DNA of 64,000 bases from Salinispira sp. (GCA_965602015.1 OZ271918.1:1024001-1088000); one strand, 5' to 3'. Numbered from the stretch's first letter, positions 1 to 11,201 are shown. Made by a program: numbers and translations. The notes: a model not told the origin generated them from the sequence alone.

Positions 1-2976
1 ACTGGCAGCGGCAATGGCAGGACTTTTAGGTTTGAGGCAGTCGGGAGCCGTAAATCCATTCAACAGTACGTTTAGCTACGATTATCCGGTTTATGCCACC
101 GGGGATGATTCGGGAAACATCTACGCCATCGATACTTCATTGAGAAGGGTGTCAAAGGTCAATTCAGAGGGGCTTCTGGAGTATTCAATTGCAGGAGGCC
201 TCCGGGACGGGTCTTCCTTTTTCTATGCCAACCAGATCGCCGTGAGTCCCGGCGGAAAGCTCTTTATTGTTGATGAACTGCGCGACCAGGAGGGCTTTTA
301 CGTCCTCAGGGAGAGAATCCTTCTAGTGGATGGACAGGGGAAATTTCTCGGAGAGTTGTACAGCATTGAGCACCCCGAAGGCCATCATGACCCGACACTT
401 GTTCAGCGGGGCCGGATAATCTCACTCGAAGCCGTCGGCGAGAGCATTCTTGATGTGGCGATACTCATGGAGGATCGCCTGGATGTTGTCAGAATAGAAT
501 ACTCTGCAGATAAAGGCGGGAACATTGGCGAACACAAAATCGCCGCCTCTTATCCCTTTCCCGATGCCCTATTATATGTCGCCGATGTCAGTCTTGCTCC
601 CGGCGGTTTAACTTTGGCAAGTTTACGAAACGGCCTCATCCTTGAACTGGATGAAAGCGGCGACCACAGGCCGCGCTTCGACGCAGGAGAACACCGGATG
701 AGGACGGGAGAACTCGTGGTGCCATGGGAAGTAGACCGGGCGCCGAACGGCAGAGTCTATTTTGTCGATCTCTAAAACCGATCAATCCGAAATGACAACG
801 GCGACGTCGTTGTAAACCGTGAAATAGTCTCTGAGAGATCAGATTCGCCAGGGCTTAACAACTACAATTACTACCGCCTGGACGTAAACGCTTCGGGAAG
901 GGTTTTTGTCCCCGTCGATTCGTCTCTCATCGTCATGAACGGCGCGGGAGGGGTTTCAATCATCTCCGGCGCCCGGATGCCGAACGGCCGCATCATCAAG
1001 GCCTTTTTCTGGTGGCTTTCTCTTGCCCTGGGTGTCGGGGCAGGGCTCGTGCTGCTTCGGTATTGCTACGTCGTTGTCCTTGGAAAAAACTTCCGGCGCT
1101 TGTTATTAATGCAATCCTGGTGCTCCTTCTTCTGGGTATTGTCGGCGGGATGAGCACATTTTTTCTCATCCGGAATTTCAATGAGCGATACACGGAGGCT
1201 TTTTTTGCTCAGATTTCCAACATGATTCAGGTCATTCCCCTGGTTGTTGACGGCGATGCAATGGAGCGCATTGATTCTCTCGATGATTTCGGCCGCGATG
1301 ACTATATGAAGATCAGGAGCAATCTCTTAGATGCATTTAACCGCAACAGGGACGACTGGAATCGGGGCTATTATTTTGCCCTGTATCGTATAATCGATGA
1401 GCGATTATACGGTTTTATGTACATGAACGGCGCCATCGGCATGTACCATCCCTTCGACTGGCTGACGGGAGATGAAGATCCGGGGGTCTATGATTTGGCC
1501 TGGCAGGGTGAGATTGCCAGCGAAATGGTTACCGACATATCCGGCGACTGGATTTACGGGGTAGGACCGATCTATAACAGATCCGGAGATGTGGTCGGGC
1601 TTTTTGAGACCGGAACCGATCTTTATGCCTTGAACCTGGAAAACCAGCGGGTAATCCGAGACCTTATCTGGGAGCTTATTACCCTGTCCGTCATTTTGCT
1701 GCTGCTCCTGGCGGAAATCAGCACAGTCGCCGCCATCAGGAGGAGAAGACACGCCCGGCTTCCCCGCGGTGCAGATGACAAGGGGTTCAGCGATGCCGAT
1801 ATGGCGCGTCCGTTGTCATTCCTCCTCTTTTGTGCCGTGGGGCTTTCAACCGCCTTCCTGCCCATTCTGTCCCGCGATCTTTCCAGCGCCGGCATAGAAA
1901 CCCTTGGCGGTTGGCTTATAGCCATGCCGTTGTCGGCGGAAATGGGCTTTTTTGGATTGGCAATGCTTATTTCTCCAGCTCTAACCCGGCGAGGTGGTTG
2001 GAAACCCTCCTTTTTTCTTGCGCTGCTTATTGCCGCAGCCGGTCTGGTGTTCTCCGCATTTCCAGGGTCGTTGGGTCGTTTTATTATGGCCCGTTCGCTT
2101 ACGGGTTTTGGAACCGGCATCGGATATCAGTCTTTGAAGAGCCTCATCGACGCAGAGGCCCGGCGGATGCAGCAAAAAGCTTCCCTGTTACTTTTTTACC
2201 GCGGTATGATAGGCGGAATCAGTGTGGGACTCATTCTCGGAGCTTCGCTGTCGGAGATTCTGGGTTATCAAAATGTATTCCTGGTCGGGGCGGGGTTGCT
2301 GGGCCTGACTGCAGCCGTCACTGGGTATTTCTACCGGAACCTCCGATATGTATGGACACTCCCCCGCGGCGAAAACAAGGAACCGGGCGGTAATCCACAC
2401 TCTCTTATAAAATCGACAAGAATGTTGCTGCACATCGGGCTGCTTGCGCTGCTGGCATATGCGGCGGCTTCATATGTGCGTTTTTACTTCCCCTTGTTCG
2501 CCAGCGAAAGGGGATTAGGAGTCGCGGAAATCGGACGGCTTATGACAGCCAATGTGCTGCTCATCGTCAACTTCGGTCCGGCGGCCTCCCGCCTTATTGT
2601 CGATCGCTTCGGAAAGCAGATCGCTCTTGTACTCTCCGCCATACTGTGGGCGGCAGCCCTATCCGTCGCCGGGGGCAGCAACGGTCTCTTGACTGCGGGG
2701 ATAATCCTGCTGGTAATGGGCCTGATTGAAGGAGTTTCCATCGGTGCCCAGAATGCGGCGTACTTCGAAAGAAGGGCGGTTCTCCAGACCTCAGACGCCG
2801 ATGCCCTTCGGATGTATGAGACATTCGGCAAGTTTGCCGAATCCGCAGGACCTGTAATCTTCGCTATCTTTCTGCTTGCAGGGCAGCTGACCGGATTAAT
2901 TGCCCTTGCAATCGCCGTGCCGGTTTTTGCCATAGCCTGGATTCTGATTCTCAAATTCCTGAAGTCGCCAGAGTAA
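1..2976 (+). pseudogene. Disrupted (or mis-assembled) fusion gene: extracytoplasmic NHL/beta-propeller region, TM pair, Cache-like periplasmic domain, C-terminal MFS transporter; probably starts before the window
   Basis: ORF 14-775 (YATGDDSGNIYAID, IAVSPGGKLFIVD, VDRAPNGRVYFVD repeats) stops at TAA 773-775, but the same frame stays open into ORF 935-1153. Coding then shifts to the 1012-2976 frame at the A6 run 1084-1089. The C-terminal ~390 aa are MFS-like multi-TM. Confidence 0.75.
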
Positions 2977-2989
2977 ATGCCTGCGGCGT

Positions 2990-4360
2990 TTATTGCTCAG
3001 TGTGATCGATGAGCCGAATGCTCATCCAGGAACCCCGGGTGAATCGGAGGGCCATGGCAACTCCCAGGCAGATTACAAAGGCGATAAAAACAACCCACAT
3101 CCTCAAAGGGGGTATCCGCAGCTGCCGAATGAGGATGATGGCCGCCAGGGCATATATCCAATGAAGGATTACCGAGACCCACATAACCCAGCGGGTATCG
3201 CCGGCACCCCGCAGCGCGCTGGCGAAAATCAATTGGCTCATATCCGCAAAGGTATACAGGGCGGCCAGCTGCAGCATGCGAACCGCAAGCTCGAGATACT
3301 GTCCGTCCCCCGAGTCGAAACTTGCGCTAAAAACCGCAACCAGCGGCCTTGCTGCAAAAATGAAGAGCAACATTATCCCCAGGGCGTATATCAGGCTCAA
3401 TGACCAGGCCTTCATTCCGGCCTTTTTCGCCGTCTCCGGTTTTCCGGCTCCCATGTATCGTCCGACAATGGATGTTGTGGCAAAGCCCAGTCCCAGCATG
3501 GGAATAAAGGCGACCATATCGTAGTTAAAGGTAATGGTTACAGCCGCCGCCACACCGACCCCGTAGGAATGCAGCAGCTGGAGGCCGATGTTAAACGCCA
3601 TGACATTCAGAAACATTTCCACCCCGGCAGGCGCGCCAAAGCGCATCAGGCTGGCGAGGATCTTCCGGTCGAATTTCCAGCTCTGCACAGTCCTGTGCTG
3701 CCGATACTCGCTGTTATGAAGGTAGGCTGCGAGCAAAATAGCGATTGTCAGGAAGGCCCCTCCCAGGGTTCCCAGGGCGGCTCCGCGTATCCCCATGGCC
3801 GGTAACCCGAGCTTTCCGAATATGAGGAGGTAGTTTAACGGCACGTTCACCGCCATGCCCGCCAGATTGGCCCAGAGCACGACCCGGGTTTTGCCGATTC
3901 CGATAAAGAACCCGGAAAACGTGCTGCGGAAAAAGGCGAATATCGAGCCGAACATCAGGAGTGAAAAGTAACTGTACTCCGTCGCTATCTGGCCCGCGCT
4001 GTGCCCGGCCCACAGGAATGTCATTCGTCCCAGGGGAATCAGCGCGAGGGTAAGGGGATAGGCTGCAATTGAAAGGATTAGCCCCTGGGTAACAGTTCTC
4101 ACCCCCCGGTGAAGCTTGCCGGCGCCGTAGTACTGGGCAACAAGGGCATTGCTGTAGCCGATCAGTCCGATAAAAAAGCTTTGAAAGACAAAATTCGACA
4201 GGCCGCCGGACATGGCCGCCGCCAGGGCTTCCATGCTGACAAATGAGAGGAAATAGCGGTCAGCAAGCATCATAAAGGTTTCCGATGCCTGTGAGACAAC
4301 CATGGGAAGGGCGATTGCCAGAATCTCCCGGTAGCCGATCCGGGAATCGATTTTTGTCAT
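2990..4360 (-). CDS. MATE family efflux transporter
   Basis: About 12 TM segments; NVPLNYLLIFGKLGLPAMGIRGAALGT and ALRGAGDT MATE motifs; start moved to MTKIDS. Confidence 0.9.
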   Translation of the reverse strand: MTKIDSRIGYREILAIALPMVVSQASETFMMLADRYFLSFVSMEALAAAMSGGLSNFVFQSFFIGLIGYSNALVAQYYGAGKLHRGVRTVTQGLILSIAAYPLTLALIPLGRMTFLWAGHSAGQIATEYSYFSLLMFGSIFAFFRSTFSGFFIGIGKTRVVLWANLAGMAVNVPLNYLLIFGKLGLPAMGIRGAALGTLGGAFLTIAILLAAYLHNSEYRQHRTVQSWKFDRKILASLMRFGAPAGVEMFLNVMAFNIGLQLLHSYGVGVAAAVTITFNYDMVAFIPMLGLGFATTSIVGRYMGAGKPETAKKAGMKAWSLSLIYALGIMLLFIFAARPLVAVFSASFDSGDGQYLELAVRMLQLAALYTFADMSQLIFASALRGAGDTRWVMWVSVILHWIYALAAIILIRQLRIPPLRMWVVFIAFVICLGVAMALRFTRGSWMSIRLIDHTEQ

Positions 4361-4511
4361 GTCGGCTACTATAGGGGTCAGTAATCCGCATGTCCAGTAC
4401 CGATGCATACCGGCTTTTATAGTCCGGTGCCGGGGAGCATCAGATTCCCCGGGCTTCCTAACCGCCGCACTTCTGCTTTCCCGGAACCGAGGTGCCGGGT
4501 ATACTGGGGAT

Positions 4512-5366
4512 ATGGATGAACGGTATCAAAGCGAGTATGAGCTGATCCAAAAAACCGGGGAACGCCCGCTGACTCCCGCCGACCTGCGCGAGACGTTTAC
4601 CTCCCTCAATGTAGGCCCGGGCAGCCGCATCATACTTCATGCGTCCCTCAAAAGGGTCGGGTGGATAGTGGGCGGAGCCAGAACAGTGCTCGAAACATTG
4701 ATGGAACTCATCGGACCTTCTGGGCTTTTGGCCATGCCGTCTCACAGCGCCGAAATCGGCGATCCCAATGATTGGGAAAATCCTCCGGTGCCCGAATCAT
4801 GGATTCCGGTAATTATGGAAACGATGCCGCCCTATGACCCTCGCTGGTCCGCCGCCTCCCGACTCGGTGTGGTGGCGGAGCTCTTTCGAACTCTGCCCGG
4901 GGTGTATCGAAGTTCCCATCCCCAGCTTTCCCTGGCCGCCTGGGGCCGGGGCGCTCAAGAGCTCGTTTCCAAACACCCGCTTGATTTCGGAACCGGCGAC
5001 AATAGCCCCTACGGCGGATTGTACGCCCTCAACGCCAGAATACTGCTGTTCGGCGTAGATTTTTCCAACTGCAGCATGCTTCATCTCGCCGAATACCGGG
5101 CGAGCTGGCCGGGAAAGGAGCTTGAAGAGAGCAAAATTCCGGTTTCCCGGGATGGAAACAGAACCCAATGGGGTGTAATGAAGGATTACTCATACGACGA
5201 TGATGACTTTGCGGCTATCGGACGGGCATACGAGGAGGGCGGCGGCAAAGGTTTTGCCCGCGGGAATCTCGGGTTCGGGCAGGTTTTGGCGGCAGACAGC
5301 CGCCCGCTTGTGGATTTTGCCGTTGAATGGATGGGCTCACACCGCCGGAAGCCGGCGGCTGACTGA
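4512..5366 (+). CDS. AAC(3)/YokD family N-acetyltransferase
   Basis: ILHASLKRVGW, RSSHPQLSLAAWG and SMLHLAE motifs; start moved to MDERY. Confidence 0.88.
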   Translation: MDERYQSEYELIQKTGERPLTPADLRETFTSLNVGPGSRIILHASLKRVGWIVGGARTVLETLMELIGPSGLLAMPSHSAEIGDPNDWENPPVPESWIPVIMETMPPYDPRWSAASRLGVVAELFRTLPGVYRSSHPQLSLAAWGRGAQELVSKHPLDFGTGDNSPYGGLYALNARILLFGVDFSNCSMLHLAEYRASWPGKELEESKIPVSRDGNRTQWGVMKDYSYDDDDFAAIGRAYEEGGGKGFARGNLGFGQVLAADSRPLVDFAVEWMGSHRRKPAAD

Positions 5367-5372
5367 ACAGGT

Positions 5373-5993
5373 CTATTTCCGGCGGCGGACCTTTACATCG
5401 GCGCCGCCGAGCAGGGCTATTCCCTGAATCCGCACCGACGGCGCGCCGGGATGGTCGTTGTCATTCTGGACCCCTTTGGGTGAAGAGAATCCTCCAAGAA
5501 TGGCAAAGCCTCCGACAGAGTAGTTGACCCCTTCCGGTAGTATGATATCCACCCCGCCGAACACCGCCACCACATCGATGACTGTCTCTCCCGGCGGGAA
5601 AATGGCCTTTCGCAGGTCGAGTTTTACTCCGCCGAACACCGAAATGCAACTCACCTTCGGGGCCACCTTTATTCTGCCATTGGTGTCTACCCCTGAGAAA
5701 ATAGCGATTTTATCCATGCGCTGGGGATATGAACCGAAGTTTATCAGGTCGCCGGCCGTCGGTGAAACGTACTCGCCGGGAACCTCGTTCCTTACAGGCT
5801 CACGGTTGGCGACGGTGGGAAGGTTCATTTTCTGAGCCAGAAACGACAGTTCATCAATGCTGTTCGCCCCGTTGACGTCTTCGACGGCGCTTTCATACAC
5901 TTCCATGGAAATGCTGTCGCTGGAAAATCTTCCGGTCAGCTCCTCGATGAGCGTCGATTTCCTGTTTTCAAGTTCATATTCAGCCTGACTCAT
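5373..5993 (-). CDS. DUF1707/LiaF(DUF2154)-like cell-envelope stress response protein
   Basis: N-terminal SHOCT-like helices plus repeated VFGGV(K/D)(L/I) beta motifs. Confidence 0.7.
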   Translation of the reverse strand: MSQAEYELENRKSTLIEELTGRFSSDSISMEVYESAVEDVNGANSIDELSFLAQKMNLPTVANREPVRNEVPGEYVSPTAGDLINFGSYPQRMDKIAIFSGVDTNGRIKVAPKVSCISVFGGVKLDLRKAIFPPGETVIDVVAVFGGVDIILPEGVNYSVGGFAILGGFSSPKGVQNDNDHPGAPSVRIQGIALLGGADVKVRRRK

Positions 5994-6080
5994 TCCTCAC
6001 ACCTCGCTACGAAGATAAAAAAGTATAGCATAGCCCTTCGAGCTGTATAACCCGCAAGCCGGGGAACACTGTTCCTAAAA

Positions 6081-7253
6081 TCAGTACACAAAGCGGACGC
6101 CGCTGCGTATGCTGTATCCGCCCAGGCCAAAATGGGGGAACACGTCGCCGGCTTCGCCGATCCGTCCAATCACATCCAGGTAGGCGGAAAAGCCCTGGAA
6201 GACCGCGAAACTGGCGCCGCCATAGACCAGTGCGGAGAGGTCGACGGGACTGATGATGCTGCGGACATAGCTCGTCACAATCTGGCCGAATCCAAGGCCG
6301 AGTTCCGCAAAAGCGAACAAGCCGTAATCCCGCTCCCCGGCCTCTTCGGCCATGACCCCCGAAGGTTTGAATAAGCCTTCGAAGCGGAGATTCATGCTGA
6401 CCTGCCTGCCGACATTGGGAAGTCCGTAGAATCCGCCGCTGAACAGCAGGCCGTCTATCAGCTCCGATCCCTCGGGAAGCCCTTCCGGGAAGGAACTGAG
6501 AGAAATACTGTCTTGCGGCAGGGCGAGGCTGGAGGAAACATGCCAGTTGATGCCCGCTCCTCCCTGAAGACTGAGATACGCGCTATGGTTTGCCCGATTA
6601 CCGGAATAAAAGTACCCGGTTTCCACGGCGGTGTCGAAGAGCTTATCAATTTCGAACCCGAGGCGCACACCGGCTCCGCTATCCTCAATATCCGGAAAGC
6701 TGGCGGGATCGGCGGGATTAAACACCGCCGCATCAATCATCGCCGGCATGACGACGGCTTCCAGGAAGGCGAAGCGGCCAAGGGGAAAATATACGGCGCT
6801 TAGCCAGCTGCTTTCGCTTCGGTACTCTTGTGCGCCCAGGTTGATGTTGAGATCGGAGGAGCCCATGAGCACATCCGCGGCATTAAATACCAGCCCCTCG
6901 CCCCAACTCAACCGCGTTTTGCCGATGGTAAATCTGAAATTTTCAAAACGGGAGCGCAGGTACGCCCTGTCGATGCTCAGGGCGTAGCTGTAGCCCAAAT
7001 CTGCGCTGATATCGAGATATGCCCTGACATTGCGATTACCCACCGAGTCAATGCGGATTTCCCCGAGCCCGGCTGGAAGCAGGGCGCTGTCAAAGTTTTC
7101 CGGATCGGGATTTATCAGCATGGTGTAATAAAGGTCGAGGACCACCGCCGTCCGGGTTTCTCCGCTGAGGACGGGGGCAAGCAGCAGTGTCATCAGAATG
7201 ACAAGCATAACTCTGCCCCAAAACCCGGAGGGTCCGAGGGAGCGCTTTACCAC
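6081..7253 (-). CDS. Putative outer-membrane beta-barrel protein
   Basis: Signal peptide; TIGKTRLSWGEG...FNAAD motif; amphipathic strands ending GVRFVY. Confidence 0.65.
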   Translation of the reverse strand: MVKRSLGPSGFWGRVMLVILMTLLLAPVLSGETRTAVVLDLYYTMLINPDPENFDSALLPAGLGEIRIDSVGNRNVRAYLDISADLGYSYALSIDRAYLRSRFENFRFTIGKTRLSWGEGLVFNAADVLMGSSDLNINLGAQEYRSESSWLSAVYFPLGRFAFLEAVVMPAMIDAAVFNPADPASFPDIEDSGAGVRLGFEIDKLFDTAVETGYFYSGNRANHSAYLSLQGGAGINWHVSSSLALPQDSISLSSFPEGLPEGSELIDGLLFSGGFYGLPNVGRQVSMNLRFEGLFKPSGVMAEEAGERDYGLFAFAELGLGFGQIVTSYVRSIISPVDLSALVYGGASFAVFQGFSAYLDVIGRIGEAGDVFPHFGLGGYSIRSGVRFVY

Positions 7254-7993
7254 GTGAGATTCTCCCGGGAAAAGAAATCCATATCGATGTCGATATTGAC
7301 ATCTATTTCATCAATGATGAATTCCGTCGAGGAATTCCGTTTGAGCATGTCCTCTACCCTGATGTGCACGGGGAATACGTATCCGTCCTGATCATCAAAC
7401 TCCAGTACCCGCTCAACCTTCAGAAGCCGGTTGCTCAAGGAGTACATCTGACTCTGAATTCCGTTCCCGCTGGATTTATCAATCCATATTGTCTGCCTGG
7501 GGTAGGGTACCGACGTTCGCCGTGCGACCAGCTCGATGACCCAGCTGTCGTCTCCTGCGAGAATTTCACTTCGGAAGGCCGCCACGCTGTAATCGTCCAG
7601 CAGGGATTTTCCGCCGGTCATATCCTCATAACTGACGTCGGACCCGAGGATTCCGTCCCTCAGGGCCGATCCCGATAAGCGGATTTCCTCCTCGGCATCA
7701 GGGTAGTAAATGTACAGATCGTCTTCGCTCCGCAGGATTTTCTGTCCCAGTTCCTCGACGCTGGTGAACTCGATGAGGCTGTAATCGCTGCCGAGGCTCC
7801 AGCTATCGAAGGTGCTTACTTTCTCTCCGAATCTGTCATTGATTATCATTCGCCCCCGGAGGAAGGCGGAGGAAAATACTTCCCGGCCTTCCATCTCCCG
7901 GATTATGCCCTCAGCTTCGGGGAACTGGGCCCACACAGCGGCAGAGCCGATGATCAATATTGCTATAATCAGCACGGATATTCTGGTTTTCAT
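7247..7993 (-). CDS. Outer-membrane lipoprotein-sorting (LolA-like) protein
   Basis: Signal peptide; GILGSDVSYEDM motif; RBS AAGGAG before ATG 7993. Confidence 0.85.
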   Translation of the reverse strand: MKTRISVLIIAILIIGSAAVWAQFPEAEGIIREMEGREVFSSAFLRGRMIINDRFGEKVSTFDSWSLGSDYSLIEFTSVEELGQKILRSEDDLYIYYPDAEEEIRLSGSALRDGILGSDVSYEDMTGGKSLLDDYSVAAFRSEILAGDDSWVIELVARRTSVPYPRQTIWIDKSSGNGIQSQMYSLSNRLLKVERVLEFDDQDGYVFPVHIRVEDMLKRNSSTEFIIDEIDVNIDIDMDFFSRENLTW

Positions 7994-8025
7994 GAATGCT
8001 CCTTGTATCAAATATATCGCAGAGC

Positions 8026-9249
8026 TCAGTAGCTCTTCATCGCTTCCACGGGTTTCACCGCGGATGCCCGTTTCGAGGGAATCATGCTGATCGCCGATGC
8101 GACAATTATGCCGCTCACGGTGGCGAAGATCACATTAAAAAGTGTCAGCTTGGGATAGACGACCCCGGACAGTTCGAAGTCCACGCCCTCCATTGCGGCT
8201 GACAGATCAATTCCCGTCCGTTCCAGCACGATTGTCAAGGCCGTACCCGCAAGCGCGCCGAAAATACTTCCGATTGCCGAGATGTACATGGACTCCAGCA
8301 GAAACATTTTGACGATGTCACGGCTGTCCATTCCCATGCTCGCCAGGGTGCCGATTTCCTTTGTGCGCTCGAATATGGTCATCATGATGGTATTGATGAT
8401 AACTGTGGATGCCAACACGTAGAATACCAGGCCGATTATGTAATATGCCGTCTGAGCTATGACCAGGAAAACATAGGATGAGGGGATGTCGTTCCACACT
8501 TCCGCCTCTACTGCCGCTTGGCCGCTTTGCTCGAGAATGCGGGTAACCGCATTCCTCGCGTCTCTGGCGCTGACCCCCGGGGCGGACTGAAGCACCAGAT
8601 CCACTGCCCGGTCACCGGTCCTCAGGAAACGTTGGGCGGTCTCCAGAGGCAGATAGAACTGGCCGTCGATGTCGTTAAGGGGAAAGTCGGCGATGCCGCT
8701 GACCGTAAATGTCATGCCGTTGCTGGCCCTCCGAAGGGTGGTGCTCACCGAGGTGAACTTCTCCCCGATTCCCAGCCCCAGATTCTCAGCCGCCCGTCGT
8801 CCCAGCAGGACCTGGGTGCTTCCCGCAGCGGGCAGCCTGCCTTCGCTGAGGAAGTCCGCCACGCCCATCATGTCGTTTTCAAAATCTATTCCCATGCCAA
8901 GAAGCGGGGTGGTTTCGCCGTCCTGAAAAACCCCGGTGGGGAAATAAATCCGTCCGCTGACATTGGTGAAATTGCCGCTCAGACGGATTTCGTCCATAAC
9001 CTGCGATGCGTTCTCGATGCTCAGGTGCAGGGGGTTCAAATGGGCGTTTTTATCATAATCGCTGTGGCGCACCCGAATTTCGCCCATGTAGAAGTGCTTC
9101 ATGTTGAAGGCCATGTCCTCGCTCATTCCCGCAAGGAGCGAAAAAAGCAGCACGATGGTCATAGCGGCAATACCGATGGCCGTGGCCGATAGTGCAGTTC
9201 GGCGGCCGTTGCGGCGGATGTTCCGCCAGGCCATTGTTCGAAGTTTCAT
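8026..9249 (-). CDS. ABC transporter permease, FtsX/MacB/LolE type
   Basis: MAWRNIRRNGRRT N-terminus; ERTKEIGTLASMG motif; 4-TM architecture. Confidence 0.9.
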   Translation of the reverse strand: MKLRTMAWRNIRRNGRRTALSATAIGIAAMTIVLLFSLLAGMSEDMAFNMKHFYMGEIRVRHSDYDKNAHLNPLHLSIENASQVMDEIRLSGNFTNVSGRIYFPTGVFQDGETTPLLGMGIDFENDMMGVADFLSEGRLPAAGSTQVLLGRRAAENLGLGIGEKFTSVSTTLRRASNGMTFTVSGIADFPLNDIDGQFYLPLETAQRFLRTGDRAVDLVLQSAPGVSARDARNAVTRILEQSGQAAVEAEVWNDIPSSYVFLVIAQTAYYIIGLVFYVLASTVIINTIMMTIFERTKEIGTLASMGMDSRDIVKMFLLESMYISAIGSIFGALAGTALTIVLERTGIDLSAAMEGVDFELSGVVYPKLTLFNVIFATVSGIIVASAISMIPSKRASAVKPVEAMKSY

Positions 9250-9258
9250 TCCTTTCCC

Positions 9259-10518
9259 CTATGTGTCTGATCGAAGGCAGTCGGTAACCTTCATCTTTAA
9301 TGCCTGGCGGGTGGGTATAAGCGACACCGCCATCGCCATCACAACCGAGCTGACAAAGGCTAAAACGAAGGTATCGGCCTTCCATATCCCCCGAAAAACC
9401 GCGGAAATCCGGTAACCGATGTCCATTTGGCGAATTATCATGCCAAAATCGATACCCACATCGACAATAAACCAGGTCAGTAGTCCTCCCATGGCCAGTC
9501 CGATGACGCCGCCGATTACTCCGATGCCTCCGGCCTCCAGAGTGAAGGATGCGACGATTTCCCAGTTTTTCATTCCCATGGCCCGCATCATTCCCAGTTC
9601 ACGCCGCCGTTCGTACATTGCCATCAACATGGTGTTCGTTATGCCCACAAGGGCGATAAGCACAACCAGTGAAAGAACGATTTTCGATCCGCCCTGCTTG
9701 GAGGCCGCGAGAGCGAGATAGTCGGCGCCCAGGTCTTCCCAGCTCATCAGGCTGTGACCCGCCGCCAGGCCTCCCAGGGCGAGGCGAACCTCTGCTGCGT
9801 TCTCTTCGCTGCCCGCGGTGAGGGGAAACGCCGTATCTATCTGGCCGGCAGCGCCGTTCAGTTGAAGGTAGGTATCGGCAAAATCGTGATCAACCAGCAG
9901 GGTTGCCCGGTTTATCACCGGATTTCCGGTGTTTATCATTCCGATCACCTCCAGATCCAGGGTTTGAAACGCTCCGTCCCGGGTCCGGGTTACCACGGTC
10001 ACCGGATAGCCAAGCTCCGCACCGATATCCTCGGCTAACCAGGAGCCGAGAATCACCCCCGGTTCGCCGGAGATAAACCAGCGGCCGCCGTCTTCTATGG
10101 CATCAGCCATAGGGAATACCTCTGGGTCGCGGAGGGAATCAACGGCCATGAGGCGAACCTGCATCGAGCCATCTTCGGGGAAGGGGTCCTGATACACTAT
10201 GAGCTCGCCGGTAAACGCCGTGCGTTTGGCTGCAGAGATGTTCGCGTCTTCCAGGGCGGCCACCAGACTGTCGGGTTCCTCTATGAGGTTTTTGAGGTTA
10301 ATTCTTTTCCAGTCCTCGGCTTTCTCTTCATCGTATACCCGCACCGATCCGGTTTCATACCAGATCAGATTTCGCTCGGAATCCCTCTCGGCTCCGGCCA
10401 GCATGCTATCCACGAAAATAAACAGACCCAGGCCGAAGGCGATGGCCGAGGCGGTGATTACCGTTCGCTTTCCGTGACGGGCGAGATTTTTCCACGAAAG
10501 AATCAGAAGATATTTCAT
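9259..10518 (-). CDS. ABC transporter permease, FtsX/MacB/LolE type
   Basis: SWKNLARHGKRT N-terminus; ERRRELGMMRAMG motif. Confidence 0.9.
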   Translation of the reverse strand: MKYLLILSWKNLARHGKRTVITASAIAFGLGLFIFVDSMLAGAERDSERNLIWYETGSVRVYDEEKAEDWKRINLKNLIEEPDSLVAALEDANISAAKRTAFTGELIVYQDPFPEDGSMQVRLMAVDSLRDPEVFPMADAIEDGGRWFISGEPGVILGSWLAEDIGAELGYPVTVVTRTRDGAFQTLDLEVIGMINTGNPVINRATLLVDHDFADTYLQLNGAAGQIDTAFPLTAGSEENAAEVRLALGGLAAGHSLMSWEDLGADYLALAASKQGGSKIVLSLVVLIALVGITNTMLMAMYERRRELGMMRAMGMKNWEIVASFTLEAGGIGVIGGVIGLAMGGLLTWFIVDVGIDFGMIIRQMDIGYRISAVFRGIWKADTFVLAFVSSVVMAMAVSLIPTRQALKMKVTDCLRSDT

Positions 10519-10523
10519 GGTTT

Positions 10524-11201
10524 CTACCTCTTTTTATCGCTCTGAATTTCGCCGTCATGGAGCATTACCAGGCGGTCGGCGAATTCCATGACCATTCTAT
10601 CGTGGGTGCTGAAGATAAAGGTGGTGTCGAATTTCTCATCCATTTTTTTCATGAGATCGAGAATATCCTTGCCGGTTTCCGAATCCAGATTCGCCGTCGG
10701 TTCGTCGGCCAGTACTATGGACGGCTCCTTTATGAGGGCCCGGGCGATGGCGACCCGCTGCTGCTGGCCTCCGGAGAGTTTGCTCGGCCGGCGGTTTTCC
10801 ATTCCCGAGAGCCCCACATCCGACAGCAGGGCCATAACCCGTTCTTTTATTTCTTTCTCCGGAACCTGGAGTAAATTCAGCGCCAGAGCGACGTTCTCAT
10901 AGGCGCTGAGAACCGGTATCAGGTTAAAAGACTGAAATACGAATCCCAGCTTGTCCCGCCGGAAGCCCGCGAGCTTACCGTGGGCGATGGCCGTCACTTC
11001 AGTGCCGTCAATGGTAACGCTGCCCTTGTCGGCGGTGTCGATGCAGCCGATGATGTTCAGCAACGTGGTCTTTCCCGAGCCGCTGGGGCCGGCTATCGAC
11101 AGGAACTCTCCCTGTTCGATATCGAGACTCACGCCTTTCAGGGCTTTTACCTCGGTTTCTCCGGTTTGGTAGGTGCGGTGAACGTCTTTAATTGAAATCA
11201 T
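10524..11201 (-). CDS. ABC transporter ATP-binding protein (LolD-like)
   Basis: GPSGSGKT, LSGGQQQR, ADEPTANLD; RBS GGAGG before ATG 11201. Confidence 0.95.
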   Translation of the reverse strand: MISIKDVHRTYQTGETEVKALKGVSLDIEQGEFLSIAGPSGSGKTTLLNIIGCIDTADKGSVTIDGTEVTAIAHGKLAGFRRDKLGFVFQSFNLIPVLSAYENVALALNLLQVPEKEIKERVMALLSDVGLSGMENRRPSKLSGGQQQRVAIARALIKEPSIVLADEPTANLDSETGKDILDLMKKMDEKFDTTFIFSTHDRMVMEFADRLVMLHDGEIQSDKKR

